From the NCBI GenBank assembly GCA_964016885.1, contig OZ024752.1, positions 40,672,001 to 40,736,000 on the forward strand: 64,000 nucleotides of DNA. Direction: 5' to 3'. Source of the DNA: Eledone cirrhosa (Eukaryota). Made by a program: the position numbers and the translations under genes. Shown in pieces: positions 1 through 15,395 of this stretch. The stretch's first letter is position 1. Every line of letters starts with the position of its first letter. The notes under the pieces were generated by a model. That model made no database searches and was not told the DNA's origin. It was given only the letters and a program-made list of their open reading frames with translations.

Positions 1-986
<986 letters not shown>

Positions 987-1385
987 ACCCCTTAGCCTTT
1001 GTCAAGGCAGAATTCTAGGACAAGGAAATCTCTGATATAACACCTGCAACCCTGATGGTATCCAATGATGTTGACTTGTTCTTCTTTTTGGTAAATATCA
1101 CCTTGGTTAAGAGAGTGGGACTGGCTTTGTGCAGTGCCTTTTCTCACTATAAAAGCTTCATGACACAGGCATTGCTTTATATCTGGAGATCTCTCTGCAC
1201 TTGTTGTCACATGGTACCATGTGCCTAGTACTATGTGTCCATAATTGTCACAAGTGTAGTGTTTGTACCAGAGTTTTCAAGTCGCTGGCTGGACTAAAAA
1301 GTCACACTCGTTCAGCGCATCGGTAGGGGTTCTCCTACATGGATATAAAGTAGTGGCCGTACTTGAAAACGAGTTGGCAGCCACC
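987..1385 (+). mobile_element. 5'-truncated copy of the (ATGT)n-associated non-autonomous retroposon (longest copy at 38338-38933)
   Basis: Near-identical to 38535-38933; same 3' end TTGGCAGCCACC. Confidence 0.85.
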
Positions 1386-2766
1386 ATATATACATATATA
1401 GGGATCAATACACACACACACATATATATACATATATACATATAAAGGGAACAATTTTTATCTTGTGAATATATAACAACAATATGGCAGTGGGCAATTT
1501 TATAAACGCACATAATTAACTCCATTCTTTTAATTATAGGCTGTCCCCTTAACCAACACCCTACCCCCAGTCTCCTCTTTCTCTTATCTATTTATTATAC
1601 AACTGCAATCAATCATAACTTATATTGTTAGAATACGTCAGTTTTCATCGATTTGAAAGTGTTTCCACCATAGCCCCCTCCTCTTTCTAACTCTTCTTCT
1701 TTTCTGTTTTATTCTGAATTCTTACTTTATTTTTTTACTCTTTCCTTTGTTTTTAATATTCCATTTTTACTCCTCTTCAATCTATTCTACTCTCCATCAT
1801 ATCTGTTTTATTGTCATTTAAACCGTCTCTAGTCATTGCTACTGTACCTATCTTTCTTTCTTTCTCTCTTTCTTTCTTTCTCTCTCTCTCACACTCTCTT
1901 TCACTCTCACTTTCTTTCGCTCACTCTCTCTTACTCACCCTCTTTCTCTCTTTCATTCTCTCATTTCTGTGTCTGAATCTCTCTTTCGCGCGCTCTCTCT
2001 CTGTCTGAATCTCTCTCTTTCACACACACACACACACACTCTCTCTCTCTTTCTGTCTGAATCTCTCTTTTTCTCTTTCTCTCTCTGCCTCTCTTTCGCT
2101 CCCTTTCTTTCTCTGCCTCTCTGAATCTCGCTGCCTCTCTCTCCCCCCCCCCACTCCTCTCTGTTATATATTTATATTTTTTGTAAATATTCCCTTCTCT
2201 TCCAGAGAAGTATTTGGTTACAGGTTAAAGAGCTGCACGGAAACAAGCCATCCTATAATGAACTCATAATTGAACTTTTACCATTCACTTCCGGTCTTGC
2301 CACTTGGGAGGATTTTTGATTTATAAACCCTTGCATCGACACCGGAAGCAGCTTTCTACAACATCCTGTTCCCCTAGAAGCGGCCAATTAAGTGTTGTAA
2401 TGAACCTTACAAGTAGAAACGTCGAACAACCGTATTTTCTGTTGTAATTTGCTTTTGTTTCTTTTCAAAAGTTATTCATTTATAGTTTGTGTAATAAAAA
2501 AACACTGTTATAGGAACTCAGTCAAAAGACTTATGAATCTGAATTTATTTTTACAGAGAAAGATGGCGGTTGTAATACAACTGTCTTTATATTAGCTGAA
2601 GTACATTGGTAGATACAAAATATCTAAATTAATGAACAATTTGTTTGAAGATCTCTACATGATAGCTAGACGTCATAGAAATAGCTGAAAAAAAAATCTA
2701 GTGAACTACATTCTCTTACTCAAATAAAATTCTATTGCCATATGCATGGTATATGTGTTTGTTTTA

Positions 2767-2799
<33 letters not shown>

Positions 2800-3339
2800 G
2801 TATGTTCATTTATGTATACCTAAAACAACGAAGGAATCGTTTATAACATTGTAGCTAGACCTGTTAAAAGTAGCGACCAAATCTCCAAAATATTGAGTCG
2901 TCAAATATGAAATATATAGAATTTTTTTTTTCAAATTTCTACAAATTTCATTCTTATAAAATACATTATGAATGAGTTCAGTTATATTTTATATTTCATT
3001 TAAATGCCATCTAAATTTTAGAATTACAGAAATAAAAGTGTATTAAATAGATTTTACTCATATTTCAATATAGATTAATTTTATAATTAAATTTTAATTC
3101 TAAAGTTTAATTCTAATTAAATTATTTTCAACTATATATTTCATCGTTATAAAACGTTATGCCAAATTGCGGAATTTTAGCCAAGTAAATGATTAAATTT
3201 GAAACAGACTTCAAGTTAACACGTAAAATATATTTAAAGATGTGTGTGTGACAGCTCACACCTAGGCAGGTTTAGCTGGCCTCCTCCAAGGTATATCTCG
3301 GAGGTGTCTTGGGTGATTTAATGATAGGGACCCTAGTCC

Positions 3340-3488
3340 TATCATCTCATTTCTACAACTGAGTAAACTGGAGCAACGTGAAATAAAGTGTCTTGCGCAA
3401 GGAAACAACACACCACCCGGTCCGAGAATTGAACTCACAACCTTTCGATTGCAAGCCCAATGCTCTAATCACTAAGCCATATGCGCCT
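3340..3488 (-). mobile_element. tRNA-derived SINE with CORE-like central domain (octopus OR-like)
   Basis: Minus strand A-box TGGCTTAGTG, B-box GAGTTCAATTC, then TCCTTGCGCAAGACACTTTATTTCACGTTGCTCCAG; second copy at 5012-5126. Confidence 0.75.
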
Positions 3489-4500
3489 TGACATATTTTA
3501 AGATGCTATTTATAAACTCTAAACCAAAAAACATAAATACATTTTTTTTGCGCAAATTTAAAATGGTGCTATTTCCAAATTTCATATTGTTCAATAACAC
3601 AAAATGGATGTTTCAAACACATCCAAAAATGGAATTAAACTTTCAAATTTATACTTAACGACAGTGACCAAAATCCCATTTTCATTGCTTTATAATTGTT
3701 CCTATCCAATCCTATCAACATCACGACTATTTTTGTAAGTTAAGATTGATTAGAGTTTTAAAATAATTAAAGTTAAAGTACATATCATTTATTTTTGTTT
3801 CGACATTTAAATTAGAATAAGATAAAAATATAATTTTAATAGCAATTTACTTGTAAAGTCTATTTTATGTGAAGTAATAGTTTTAAATATTCCCAATTGC
3901 ATTAGAAACTAGAAATTTATATCTAAACAGTATGTATTACTATTATGTCATAAACGAAATTTCATTTATAATTCTGTACAATTCTCAACATCGAAAACAA
4001 ATTAATTTAGAAATAATGATGATAATGAAATGTAATTAAAAAGTCCCATGTTAATTGATTTATTTGCTTCAAGCAAAGAATTGCTTAATTAGTGTCTAGC
4101 TCTCAAATCCTAACATGTCTTATTTATCGATAAAAAATACTAAACTAGTAAAATTTATAATAAAGACACAGAAGAAAATATGTGATTAAAAATGTCTCTT
4201 TATTCTTCATTGGTTGAAGAAGATAGAGGATAGAAACGAATGTGTGTAAGTGATAAATGTAAGGGTGAGCTGAAAAGAATCATAGGATGGCGTGATGCTA
4301 GAGCTGTGAAATCTTGTATGTATTAATTTCAACTTTTTTTTTATTAATAACTGTATTGTTTCTTTCCAGAGACTATGTTGAAAAATAAACCTCATTTGGT
4401 CATTCCATGAGAGTATCCTGGTCAGACTATGAAGGAGTGATGCTAGAGCTGCGAAATCTTGCATGCATTAATTTCAACCCTTCTTATTAATAACTGCATA

Positions 4501-4853
4501 CTCACCGAGTACCTGAGTGAGTGACACCGAGTGACACCGAGTATCTCCTGGCATGGCTCCGAGTGGCACCGAGTGTCACCGAGTGTCACCGAGTATCACC
4601 GAGTATCTCCTGGCGTGGCTCCGAGTGTCACCGAGTAACACCGAGTGGCACCGAGTGGCACCGAGTATATCCTGACGTGAGTGAGTGACACCGAATATCT
4701 CCTGACGTGTCTCCGAGAGACACCGAGTGTCACCGAGTATTTCCTGGCGTGCTTCCGAGTGTCACCGAGTGTCACTGAGTTGTGTCACCGCGTATCTCCT
4801 GACGTGGCTCCGAGTGTCACCGAATGGCACCGAATGTTACCGAGTATCTCCCG
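4501..4853. repeat. 10-bp CACCGAGTGT/G minisatellite interleaved with ATCTCCTGGCGTGGCTCCGAGT units
   Basis: Directly visible tandem units. Confidence 0.9.
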
Positions 4854-5011
4854 AACTACTGTTTCCTTATTCAGCAGTAAAGCGACATCAAAACAAACAG
4901 AAGTATCGACAGTCGATCGACTTTCGTCTAATCGGACCGAGGAAACAATGTTTCCATCGGTCTTTCCAATTGCTGATACTATCTATCGGTCGCAACTCCA
5001 GGTAGAAAGAG

Positions 5012-5126
5012 AAACATGAAATAAAGTGTCTTGCTCAAGGACATAACGCATCGCCCGGACCAGGAATCGAACTCACAACCTCACGATTGCGAACCCAACT
5101 CTCTAACCACCCAGCCACGTACCTTC
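5012..5126 (-). mobile_element. tRNA-derived CORE-like SINE, 5' part
   Basis: A-box TGGCTGGGTGG, B-box GAGTTCGATTCC, GTCCTTGAGCAAGACACTTTATTTCA. Confidence 0.75.
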
Positions 5127-5416
5127 ACAACAGAAGTATATAGACACATTAAAATAAAATAGGAAATAATAAATATTTTCAGTCTCCCAATAAAATATAT
5201 TAATCTCTTGAATTCTAATGTGAAGAATAAATCAACGTTTTTCACATATTTCAAACAATTAAATATATAAGGTAAAATAACAAAAGAGGACATTGATGTT
5301 GTTGTTGTTGTGGTTTTTTATTACACTTGATTGTTGTAGTTGTTTATATAGTTTTTTAGGTTGTTTTTAAATTTTTTCTTTATTGTTATAATAATAATAA
5401 TAATAATAATAATAAT

Positions 5417-5601
5417 TGTTTCTACTTTTGGCACAAGGCCAGCAATTACCCAGTGCATTACTGGTACTTTATTCTATCGACCCCGGAAGGATGAAAGGCA
5501 AAGTCAACCTCGGCGGGATTTGAACTCAGATCGTAAAGGGACGTAACTATGCTGGAAAGCATGGCGTCCGATCCTCTACCGATACTGCCAATCCACCGCC
5601 A
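5417..5601 (-). mobile_element. Abundant tRNA-derived SINE family (octopus OK-like) with (ATT)n tail
   Basis: GGCGGTGGATTGGCAGTATCGG...GAGTTCAAATCCCGCCGAGGTTGACTTTGCCTTTCATCC...AAAGTACCAGT...GGCCTTGTGCC; more than 12 copies in the window. Confidence 0.9.
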
Positions 5602-5632
5602 TATAATATAATAATAATAATAATAATAATGA

Positions 5633-5890
5633 TTTCTTTATTAACCACAAGGGTTGACACAAAGTATAACATTAAGGACAACACAGGACAATACAAATGG
5701 GCATTTGTGCGTGTAAAAAAAAAACAAAAAAAAACAAAAAGAGAGTGTGACAAAAGGAAACAATGAAAAATTCCCATTAGGGGGGGGGGGAAACCTCCGA
5801 GGGCTGCTCGTGGAGAAAGCCCACAAGAAAAGCCACGGTTACCCTGACCGCTAGCGCAAATGCCCTCTTCCAGTTTTCCTCCTACAATGC
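5633..5890 (-). mobile_element. 3' end of a non-LTR element ending CCCTTGTGGTTAATAAAGAAA plus microsatellite tail
   Basis: 3' terminus shared with 21392-21766 and 26991-27073. Confidence 0.55.
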
Positions 5891-5915
5891 TAATAATAAT
5901 AATAATAATAATAAT

Positions 5916-6097
5916 TTCTACTTTTGGCACAAGGCCAGCAATTACCCAATGCATTACTGGTACTTTATTTTATCGACCCCATAAGAATGAAAGGCAAAGT
6001 TAACCTCGGCGGGATTTGAACTCAGACCGAAAAGAGACGTAACTCTATGCTGAAAAGCATGGCGTCCGATCCTCTACTGATACTGCCAATCTAGCCC
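5916..6097 (-). mobile_element. OK-like tRNA SINE
   Basis: Same family as 5417-5601. Confidence 0.9.
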
Positions 6098-6398
6098 TAC
6101 ACGACAACAGAATACGTTACTCCATTATGCAAAATATGATGTCCAGATTTATTCTGTCTAAATTTGTATTTACGATAAAAACGTTATAAGATATTATTTC
6201 CTCTCTGAAGGGGAGGTAAGTAACTTATTTCTGCCGAAACATTTATAAAAGCTGCAACTACTCAGATGAATCTCTCTGTCTGTTCACGAACAGAAAAATG
6301 TGTAGTTTAACGACGGTGTCTAATTTTACACACCAACACTGTTATTTGTGTTGTTTGTTTACTAAAAGAACATGCTCTTAAGTTTACTTTACACCGCT

Positions 6399-6688
<290 letters not shown>

Positions 6689-7250
6689 ATATATATGTAT
6701 ATTTAGACAAATATATTATTGTATATATATATATATATATACGAGAAAAACCACATACCAGATGCGAGAAAAACAACAAACCATCGCAATTCTACTTTTG
6801 AAAAGCACAAGAACTGCTAAACCGGTTAAGGAACCAAATACATATTCTTAAAAAGACTCCAGTTACATTTTCGATTTCATATTTTTTCCTTATATATATA
6901 TATATATATATATACATATATACATATATATATATATATACATATATACATATATATACATATATACATATATATATATTTAAACAAATATATAATTGTA
7001 TATATATATATATATATATATATAGACAAATATATTATTGTATATATATGTATATATATATATATATGTGTTTGTGTGTGTACAAATCAGTCAATTGTAT
7101 GATAGAAAACGTTTCTAGATTTAATCAGGTCTTTAAAGAAATAGTTTTAGATTTACGATGCGACCTGAATAAATACAACTAAATCAATGTAGATACCCAT
7201 ACATATATGCATTCGTTTATAGGGCATAGAGGTATTGTTATACAGGTTTG

Positions 7251-7297
<47 letters not shown>

Positions 7298-7356
7298 GTA
7301 TATATATATATATGTATATATATATGTATATATATGTATATATATGTATAAATTTG

Positions 7357-7389
<33 letters not shown>

Positions 7390-7899
7390 GTATATATATG
7401 TATATATATATATATATATATGTATATAGATATATGTATATATATATATATATGTATTTATATATATATGTATATATATATATATGTATTTATATATATA
7501 TGTATATATATATATATGTATATATGTATATATATGTATATATATATATATATGTATTTATATATATATGTATATATATATATATATATGTATATATATG
7601 TATATATATATATATGTATATATATGTATATATATATATATGTATATATATGTATATATATGTATATATATGTATATATATATATATATGTATATATATG
7701 TATATATATGTATATATGTATATATATGTATATATATATATGTATATATATGTAAATATATGTATGTATATATATTAATATGTATATATATATATATGTA
7801 TGTATATATATGTATATATATATATATGTATATATATGTATATATATGTATATATATGTATATATATGTATATATATATATGTATATATATATATATGA

Positions 7900-7934
<35 letters not shown>

Positions 7935-8247
7935 TATATATATATATATATATATGAGTATATTTGTATATATATATAAATGTCTATATATATATATATA
8001 TATATGAGTATATATATATAAGTATATATATATAAATGTCTATACATACATATATATATGTACGTATATACATATATATATATATGTGTATGTATATGTA
8101 CACACACACACACGTGTTTTTGCGTGTGTCGGTGTGTTCGTACATGTTCGTGTGTATTTGCATATACGAACGGATTACAAATTTAAATAGATCAGACCGT
8201 TAGTAAAAACAGAAACACAAATATATTGGGTGCGATAGGTAAATAGT

Positions 8248-8398
8248 TTAATTTCTAAAGAAGTATCTGATATCTCCCACGAGGTGCTTAGCTGAAGGTA
8301 ACCTTTGTTGGTTGTCGGCAGAAAAACCGTTAATTGGTACGTGGTTGTGCAAATTTAGACGAAGCGCATAGCTTTTGTATTTGATCAGGATTATTGAT
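8248..8398 (-). CDS. Candidate terminal exon of an unidentified gene
   Basis: Acceptor tttttcttgtctgttttAG; open frame SIILIKYKSYALRLNLHNHVPINGFSADNQQRLPSAKHLVGDIRYFFRN*; no recognised homology. Confidence 0.25.
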
Positions 8399-8904
8399 CT
8401 AAAACAGACAAGAAAAATGAACAAAACGAGTAACAATAACGACAGAAAGCAAAATATAAGAAACAAAACTTAAAATCTAAAGCAAATATATAATAAAACC
8501 ACTATCCACCTTACAGGAACATCACAAATTAATCCACGAGCCGGTGACAAAAGAATGTTTCTCAGCAGCACTCATAAGCTACACTATTTGTCTAATTCTG
8601 GTCCTTGTTATACTGAACGTCTGTTATATCGAACAGTTTTTGTCGATATTCAATTTCGGTTTCCGACTTAGTTGAGAATCTAGCAAACAATTGAGGCAAC
8701 CAATCCGAGATTCTCATGAATCCGAGATTCTCATGAATGACATTAGGTGATCATATATGTTAATCGAAAATTCTTGGGACTCGAACGCTATCGAAATAAA
8801 TGAGAAAAAAAAAAAAAAAGAAAAACAAAGTAGATCTTTCTTAGTTTTGTTGAAAGTTTTATTAGCCTTAGTATCAATAGTATTATTTGTAAATTATTAT
8901 TAGC

Positions 8905-9096
8905 TGGGGGCGATGGATTGGCAGTATCGGTAGAGGGTCGGACGCCATGCTTTGACGCGTAGAGTTATGGCCCTTGCCATTCTGAGTTCAAATCCCGCCG
9001 AGGTTAACTTTGCCTTTCATCCTTACGGGGTCGCTAAAATAAAGTACCAGTAATACACTGGGATAATTGCTGGCCTTGTGCCAAAAGTAGAACAAA
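8905..9096 (+). mobile_element. OK-like tRNA SINE
   Basis: Family consensus motifs. Confidence 0.9.
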
Positions 9097-10688
9097 TTAT
9101 TAACATTAGTATTATTAGTATTATTGTTATTATTAAATTCATTGATTTCTTTATTATACAATTAGAGAATTTAAGAGGAAACCGATTTATTTATCGATAT
9201 ATATATATATGTATATATATATATGTATATGTATGTATATGTATGTATGCATATTTATTTATATGTATGTATGTGTATATTTATAGTTGTATATCTGTTA
9301 GAACACGAAAAGTGTGAAACACAGAATGTTCACTTTTCGTGTTCTAACATATATGCCTAGCTTCTTTAAAAATTTTTCGGGGATAGCCGTGGTGGTGATC
9401 GTATGTCATTGGCTAATTTTCAACCAATCAGAGTACCTCTCTCTATATCTCTTCCACTGTTACTTACGCCTGTTTCTCTCTATCTGTTCCGTCTCTATTT
9501 ATATCTCTTACTCTTTCGCTTTGCACTCCTCCCCTTCAATACCATCTCTCCCCCTCTCTATATATTTGTTACTCTATCGCTGCACGCTCCTCTCCTTCAA
9601 TATATCAATTACACACGCTTTACACTCCTTTATCCCCAGCGCCCCTATATATACACCCCCCTCTCCCGCATCTATATTTTAATGTACCGTTGCACCGTGA
9701 ATATATGTGTCTATATATATACATATATATTGTATATACACATTCATGTATGTGTATACACATTCATGTATGTATATACACTGGTTTTATGTGTGTATTG
9801 TAAATTTGTACTGTTAAAACACGAAACTAACATTCGATTGACACTTTGATTACCTGTACAGGCAATAGTTATTAGAATGCTGTTGAAGTGTGTATATATT
9901 TTTGGGGGACATCCTGTATATACACACATTATATATAATACAATAAACAGATAAATACACACATATATATATGAGCTTATTTAATTATAAATATTGTGAA
10001 TTTTTAACTCAGTTCAATTATATATATAAATGGCTTCTACAGGACTAGAACTGTTTCATTCGAAAGAAATCATCATAATATTGAGAGGGGGGGACTAGAT
10101 AAAATATTTCAAATCAAATGTGTATAAGTTATAAGTTAAAATGTATAAATAGAGACGATAGTGGAGGTATATCTGTTTAGTGGAACAGTAGACGATAGAA
10201 TTAAATACAGACGAGAATCTCCCTTTAATGAAACAGCAGACGATAGAATTAAGGCAATTTAAATTTTAAGCATTTGCATTTTTGCCTTTCATCGTTACGG
10301 GGTCGATAAAATAAAGTACCAGTAATACACTGTCACTAGACGACTTTCAAATTGAATTGTTGGTTCCATTTCTTTAGTATTTTCAATTGTAGTTATCTAC
10401 TTAAAAAGCGTTACACGGTTAGAGACATAATTCGTAAGTTATATCTTCCCTATTAAACCATTGCATTATTTCGCCTACAATAGAACAAAAATGAAATGTT
10501 CTTTAAAGAAACAGGAATATAACTTTATAAAAAAAAAAGTTGCATCCGCTTCTTTTATCATTGATAATTTTTTCGTTTTAATATTAATTGTTTTTTGTAG
10601 TTGTTTATATTAAAAATCTTACTGTAATATTTACTTAAACGAAGGCAAACATCTAAACTTATAGATTAATCTTGAGCGAAGGACTAGA

Positions 10689-10748
<60 letters not shown>

Positions 10749-11142
10749 AACGAAGAATGATAAAATTTCAAGCAAAGAGTTTAATTAGGTATATTTTGTA
10801 ATATTATTAACTAATTATTATAATTAACGCGCATATTTTGCTATCCTCAAACACGTTTACACATGGCATGAAATATAACTAATCCGAGATGGCTAGGTTT
10901 CATCTTCTAACTGGATAAACGAAATCCATTATGTCTTGACAACAACATGAGGTAACATTATGTTATTCACAGACACACTTTGTACACTGTTCCATATCAG
11001 AATGTATTTCCTTCGTCACATTCACAAACAGTATTGAAAATATGTTCTTCGGCAAATAAAAATGTTTTGTTCATAATATTTCAACTAGCGATTGCTCTAC
11101 TCCACGCACGACCACCATAAATTAATGACCAGCTCAACACAA

Positions 11143-11310
11143 GTATTGGTAGAGCGTCAGACACCATGCTTTGCAGTATTGTTATGGTCCTTTGCATTCT
11201 AAGTTCAAATCCTGCCGAGGTTAACTTCGACTTTCATACTTACTAATTCGATAAAATAAAGTACCAGTAATGGACTGCCGTAATGGATTTGTGCCGAAAA
11301 ATAGAAACAC
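11143..11310 (+). mobile_element. Diverged OK-like tRNA SINE (further fragment at about 10283-10332)
   Basis: AAGTTCAAATCCTGCCGAGGTTAACTT...GATAAAATAAAGTACCAGT. Confidence 0.75.
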
Positions 11311-11863
11311 TATTAATGTGCAATAAGAGCAAAATATAACGACATTGCTCAATTATTTTATCTAATGTTGTAATAACACAAGGAAATGTTGTTTGTGTAT
11401 TTTTTTTTATATTTGCTCATAGGCTTTTACAATTTCGCTCAGCCAACAACTATTAAAAAGTGAGTTGCTTAAGATAACAATTTAATCACAAATTGTTGCT
11501 ATCTTTTAATACACTCCAACAAGTCATCAAATTATGTACAATAAAAACAAATCTTATTAATTTGCTCAGGGAATATAAAGAAAATGTATATACACTGATA
11601 ATTGCAAATGTATGTAAATATTTTGTTTTTGTATTGTATATTTTGTTTTCTATTATGTATAATATATTGATTTAATATTGATTGTTTTTTGTAGTTGTTT
11701 ATATTAAAAGTCTGAAAATATTTTTATACATCTTACACTAATATTTATAAGATAATTTATAATAACAATTACATAATCTAATTACATTACAACGATAATT
11801 TATTATTAATATATATCCTGTTTAACTAGAGTTATTACAAGCGTTGCCTTAAAAAAATATTAA

Positions 11864-12817
11864 ACTAGACATGAAAAATGCGCAAGCTCAAAAGTGCCAC
11901 AGAATGTTATAATAAACCTTCAAAAGTGTGGGACTAGAGTTGTTGCTAAAAAATATTGTAATCATTATATATCGTACATTCTGTGGCATCCTTTATAAAA
12001 ATAGCTTAAACCAACGAAGCCTTTATTTTTACGCTATTTCACTTAGTTAATTCTTAGAGTGTAACATATAAAAATAAATACATCTATGTTTAATGTAATA
12101 ACAGCTATAAATAATTACGTAATATTATCATATACTCATAGTAACAAAATAATTGTGTTGAAACTTAATATGATGCTTATATGAACGATCAAATCTATAA
12201 TGATAATTTCTTAAATATACTAATAGTAAAATAATTTAGTTATCTATTGTTACATTTTCATAGAACTATAATATTAACAATCGTATTGCATTATCAAATT
12301 TTTATCACTACAAACTTTCATATTGGAATTACCTTAAGCCACTTATTATTACTTCGCTTTCGTACTTTTACAGCTGTAGATATTGCGCTGTATCTTATAT
12401 CTAATATCAATATCTCGTGGTAATTTGCATGAAGTGTAAAATAGGTTTATTAATAACTTTAATATGAAATGTATTATACAGGGCTGCGGAGTCGGTCAAA
12501 AATTGACTGGCTCCAACTCAGGATCCGATACTCCATTATTTCCTAAATTTCAGCTCCGCAGCTCTGTTATTATATTAATTAATTTATTTTATAGTTGTAA
12601 ATCATATTTTTATATGTTACACTCTAAGAATTAACTAAGTGAAATAGCGTAAAAATAAAGGCTTCGTTGGTTTAAGCTATTTTTATAAAGGATGCCACAG
12701 AATGTACGATATATAATGATTACAATATTTTTTAGCAACAACTCTAGTCCCACACTTTTGAAGGTTTATTATAACATTCTGTGGCACTTTTGAGCTTGCG
12801 CATTTTTCATGTCTAGT
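11864..12817. repeat. 213-bp inverted repeat (11864-12076 / 12605-12817) with 528-bp spacer
   Basis: Arms read as reverse complements with no mismatch noticed by eye. Confidence 0.92.
12479..12566. mobile_element. hAT-type MITE
   Basis: TIR CAGGGCTGCGGAG / CTCCGCAGCTCTG; 8-bp flanks gtattata / ttattata. Confidence 0.65.
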
Positions 12818-12880
12818 ATATATATGTATATATATATATACGATAATAACAAATGGAAACTATATTTATAAAACCATATT

Positions 12881-12945
12881 TATTTCATTATACATATTTC
12901 AAGGACACCAAGTTAAATTATGGTGTCCTTTCATCAGATAAAATA
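12881..12945 (-). ncRNA. Minimal type-I hammerhead ribozyme (family A)
   Basis: TATTTTAT-CTGATGA-AAGGACACCA-taatttaact-TGGTGTCCTT-GAAA-T-atgt-A-TA-ATGAAATA: 8-bp stem I, perfect 10-bp stem II, minimal stem III. Confidence 0.85.
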
Positions 12946-13090
12946 TAATATAGAGCAGTTTTATAAATAAATATTGACATACCCTTAAAGAATGCAACCA
13001 TTACTGTTGGAAGCTCCCGGATAGTGGGGTTATATTATTAATTATACTATTAGGTAAGTTAGTATTTATTTATAAAACTGCTCTATATTA

Positions 13091-13155
13091 TATTTTATCT
13101 GATGAAAGCACACCATAATTTAACTTTGTGTCCTTGAAATATGTATAATGAAATA
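13091..13155 (+). ncRNA. Minimal type-I hammerhead (family A, direct arm)
   Basis: Same fold; two mismatches in stem II. Confidence 0.8.
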
Positions 13156-13532
13156 AATATGGTTTTATAAATATAGTTTCCATTTGTTAATATCGTATTT
13201 TTACTCCAATTATTTGTTGAGTGCTTTATATCAGTTATAAAAATATTTGCTTGTTGTATCTCAACAATTTAAATAGAACTTTTACATATATATATATATA
13301 TTTATATACACATATATATATACATATATATATATACATATACATATACATATATATATATATATGTATGGATATATGTATATGTATATTTATATATATG
13401 TATGCATATATGTATATGTATATTTATATATATGTATGCATATATGTATATGTGTATTTATATATATATATGTATATATATATATATACGTGTATTTATA
13501 TATATATGTGTATATATATATATACGTGTATT

Positions 13533-13565
<33 letters not shown>

Positions 13566-13566
13566 G

Positions 13567-13599
<33 letters not shown>

Positions 13600-13638
13600 C
13601 ATATATACATATACATATATATACATATATATATATAC

Positions 13639-13687
<49 letters not shown>

Positions 13688-13739
13688 CATATATATATAT
13701 ATTTATATATATATATGTGTATATATATATATATATATA

Positions 13740-13799
<60 letters not shown>

Positions 13800-13849
13800 C
13801 ATATATGTATATTTATATATATGTATATGTGTATTTATATATATATATG

Positions 13850-13930
<81 letters not shown>

Positions 13931-14255
13931 TATATAGTATCCGCTGTTGAATTCATTATATTTTTAATTCTGTTTTTGGAAAGTTCTGCTGGTGTGTGGC
14001 CATCCAATTGATATATTTAGCGAGTTTCGTCTTTCTTATAATACGGTCTACGCGAACCTAAGTTTCTTCAGAATGACAGCTGTGCAAACGCCAGCAGTCA
14101 AACATGGCCGACAGAAGCGGCTGAGGATGGAGGGGTGAAGGTGGGGGATGTCATGCAGCTTTATGCATGCGTACATAATAAACATTTACTTCGATATCAA
14201 TATCAGTATCTAGCTATCTATTTATCTTATTTATCTACCATGTATGTTTGTATGT

Positions 14256-14315
<60 letters not shown>

Positions 14316-14556
14316 GTATGTATGTATGTATGTATGTATGTATGTATGTACATATGTATGTGTATGCGTGTTTGCCTAAGTATGTGTAATGTGTATGTAT
14401 ATGTACGTATGTATTTATGTATGTATGTATATATATATATATTTATATATATATATATATATTTATTGGTAGGTGATATATATATATATATATATATACA
14501 GATATATATATATCTACATATATATACATATATATAGAGATATACATATATATATG

Positions 14557-14603
<47 letters not shown>

Positions 14604-14694
14604 GTATATATATATACATATATATATATACATACACACTCACACATATATATATGTATATCTATATATATATGTATATATATGTACATATATA

Positions 14695-14790
<96 letters not shown>

Positions 14791-14929
14791 CAACCAATAA
14801 ATGTAATGAAGAAGTAACCAATCGTCCTTCTTATCCTTTCACTATATTACACTCTGTATAGCTCTACACCTCAACACAACCTAAACATCGAGTGCTCACT
14901 CCAAGTTACACTCCCTAGATCTCTCACTC

Positions 14930-15345
14930 ACCCACTCACTCACTCACTCACTCACTCACTCACTCACTTACTCACTCACTCACTCATTCACTCACTCACT
15001 CACTCACTCACTCACTCACTCACTCACTCACTCACTCACTCACTCACTCACTCACTCACTCACTCACTCACTCACTCACTCACTCACTCACTCACTCACT
15101 CACTCACTCACTCACTCACTCACTCACTCACTCACTCACTCACTCACTCACTCACTCACTCACTCTCACTCACTCTCACTCACTCACTCACTCACTCACT
15201 CACTCACTCACTCTCTCACTCTCTCACTCACTCACTCACTCACCCACTCACTCACCCACTCACTCACTCACTCACTCACTCACTCACTCACTCACTCACT
15301 CACTCACTCACTCACTCTCACTCACTCTCACTCTCTCTCTCACTA
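14930..15345. repeat. (CACT)n microsatellite
   Basis: Directly visible. Confidence 0.97.
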
Positions 15346-15395
15346 TATATATATATATATACACACATTTACATGCACATGTGTGTGTATATATA

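Larger units (their letters stand above)
12841..13285. mobile_element. Family A asymmetric foldback in (TA)n with two hammerheads (Penelope pLTR/retrozyme-like)
   Basis: Inverted arms about 12841-12973 and 13063-13195 plus 90-nt tail; homologous copies at 22536-22722, 30424-30874, 45398-45750. Confidence 0.85.

Noticed and set aside
2392-2432. GAAACGTCG motifs here and at about 59990
   Set aside because: The CUGANGA core is absent; they may be ancient remnants but cannot be supported.
4294-4499. About 60-bp local direct duplication (also 10577/11671 and 10186/10233)
   Set aside because: Ordinary short duplications with no further structure.
14015-14075. Minus-strand CTGAAGA...GAAAC motif
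   Set aside because: Stem II is weak and no NUH is in register; at best a decayed hammerhead.
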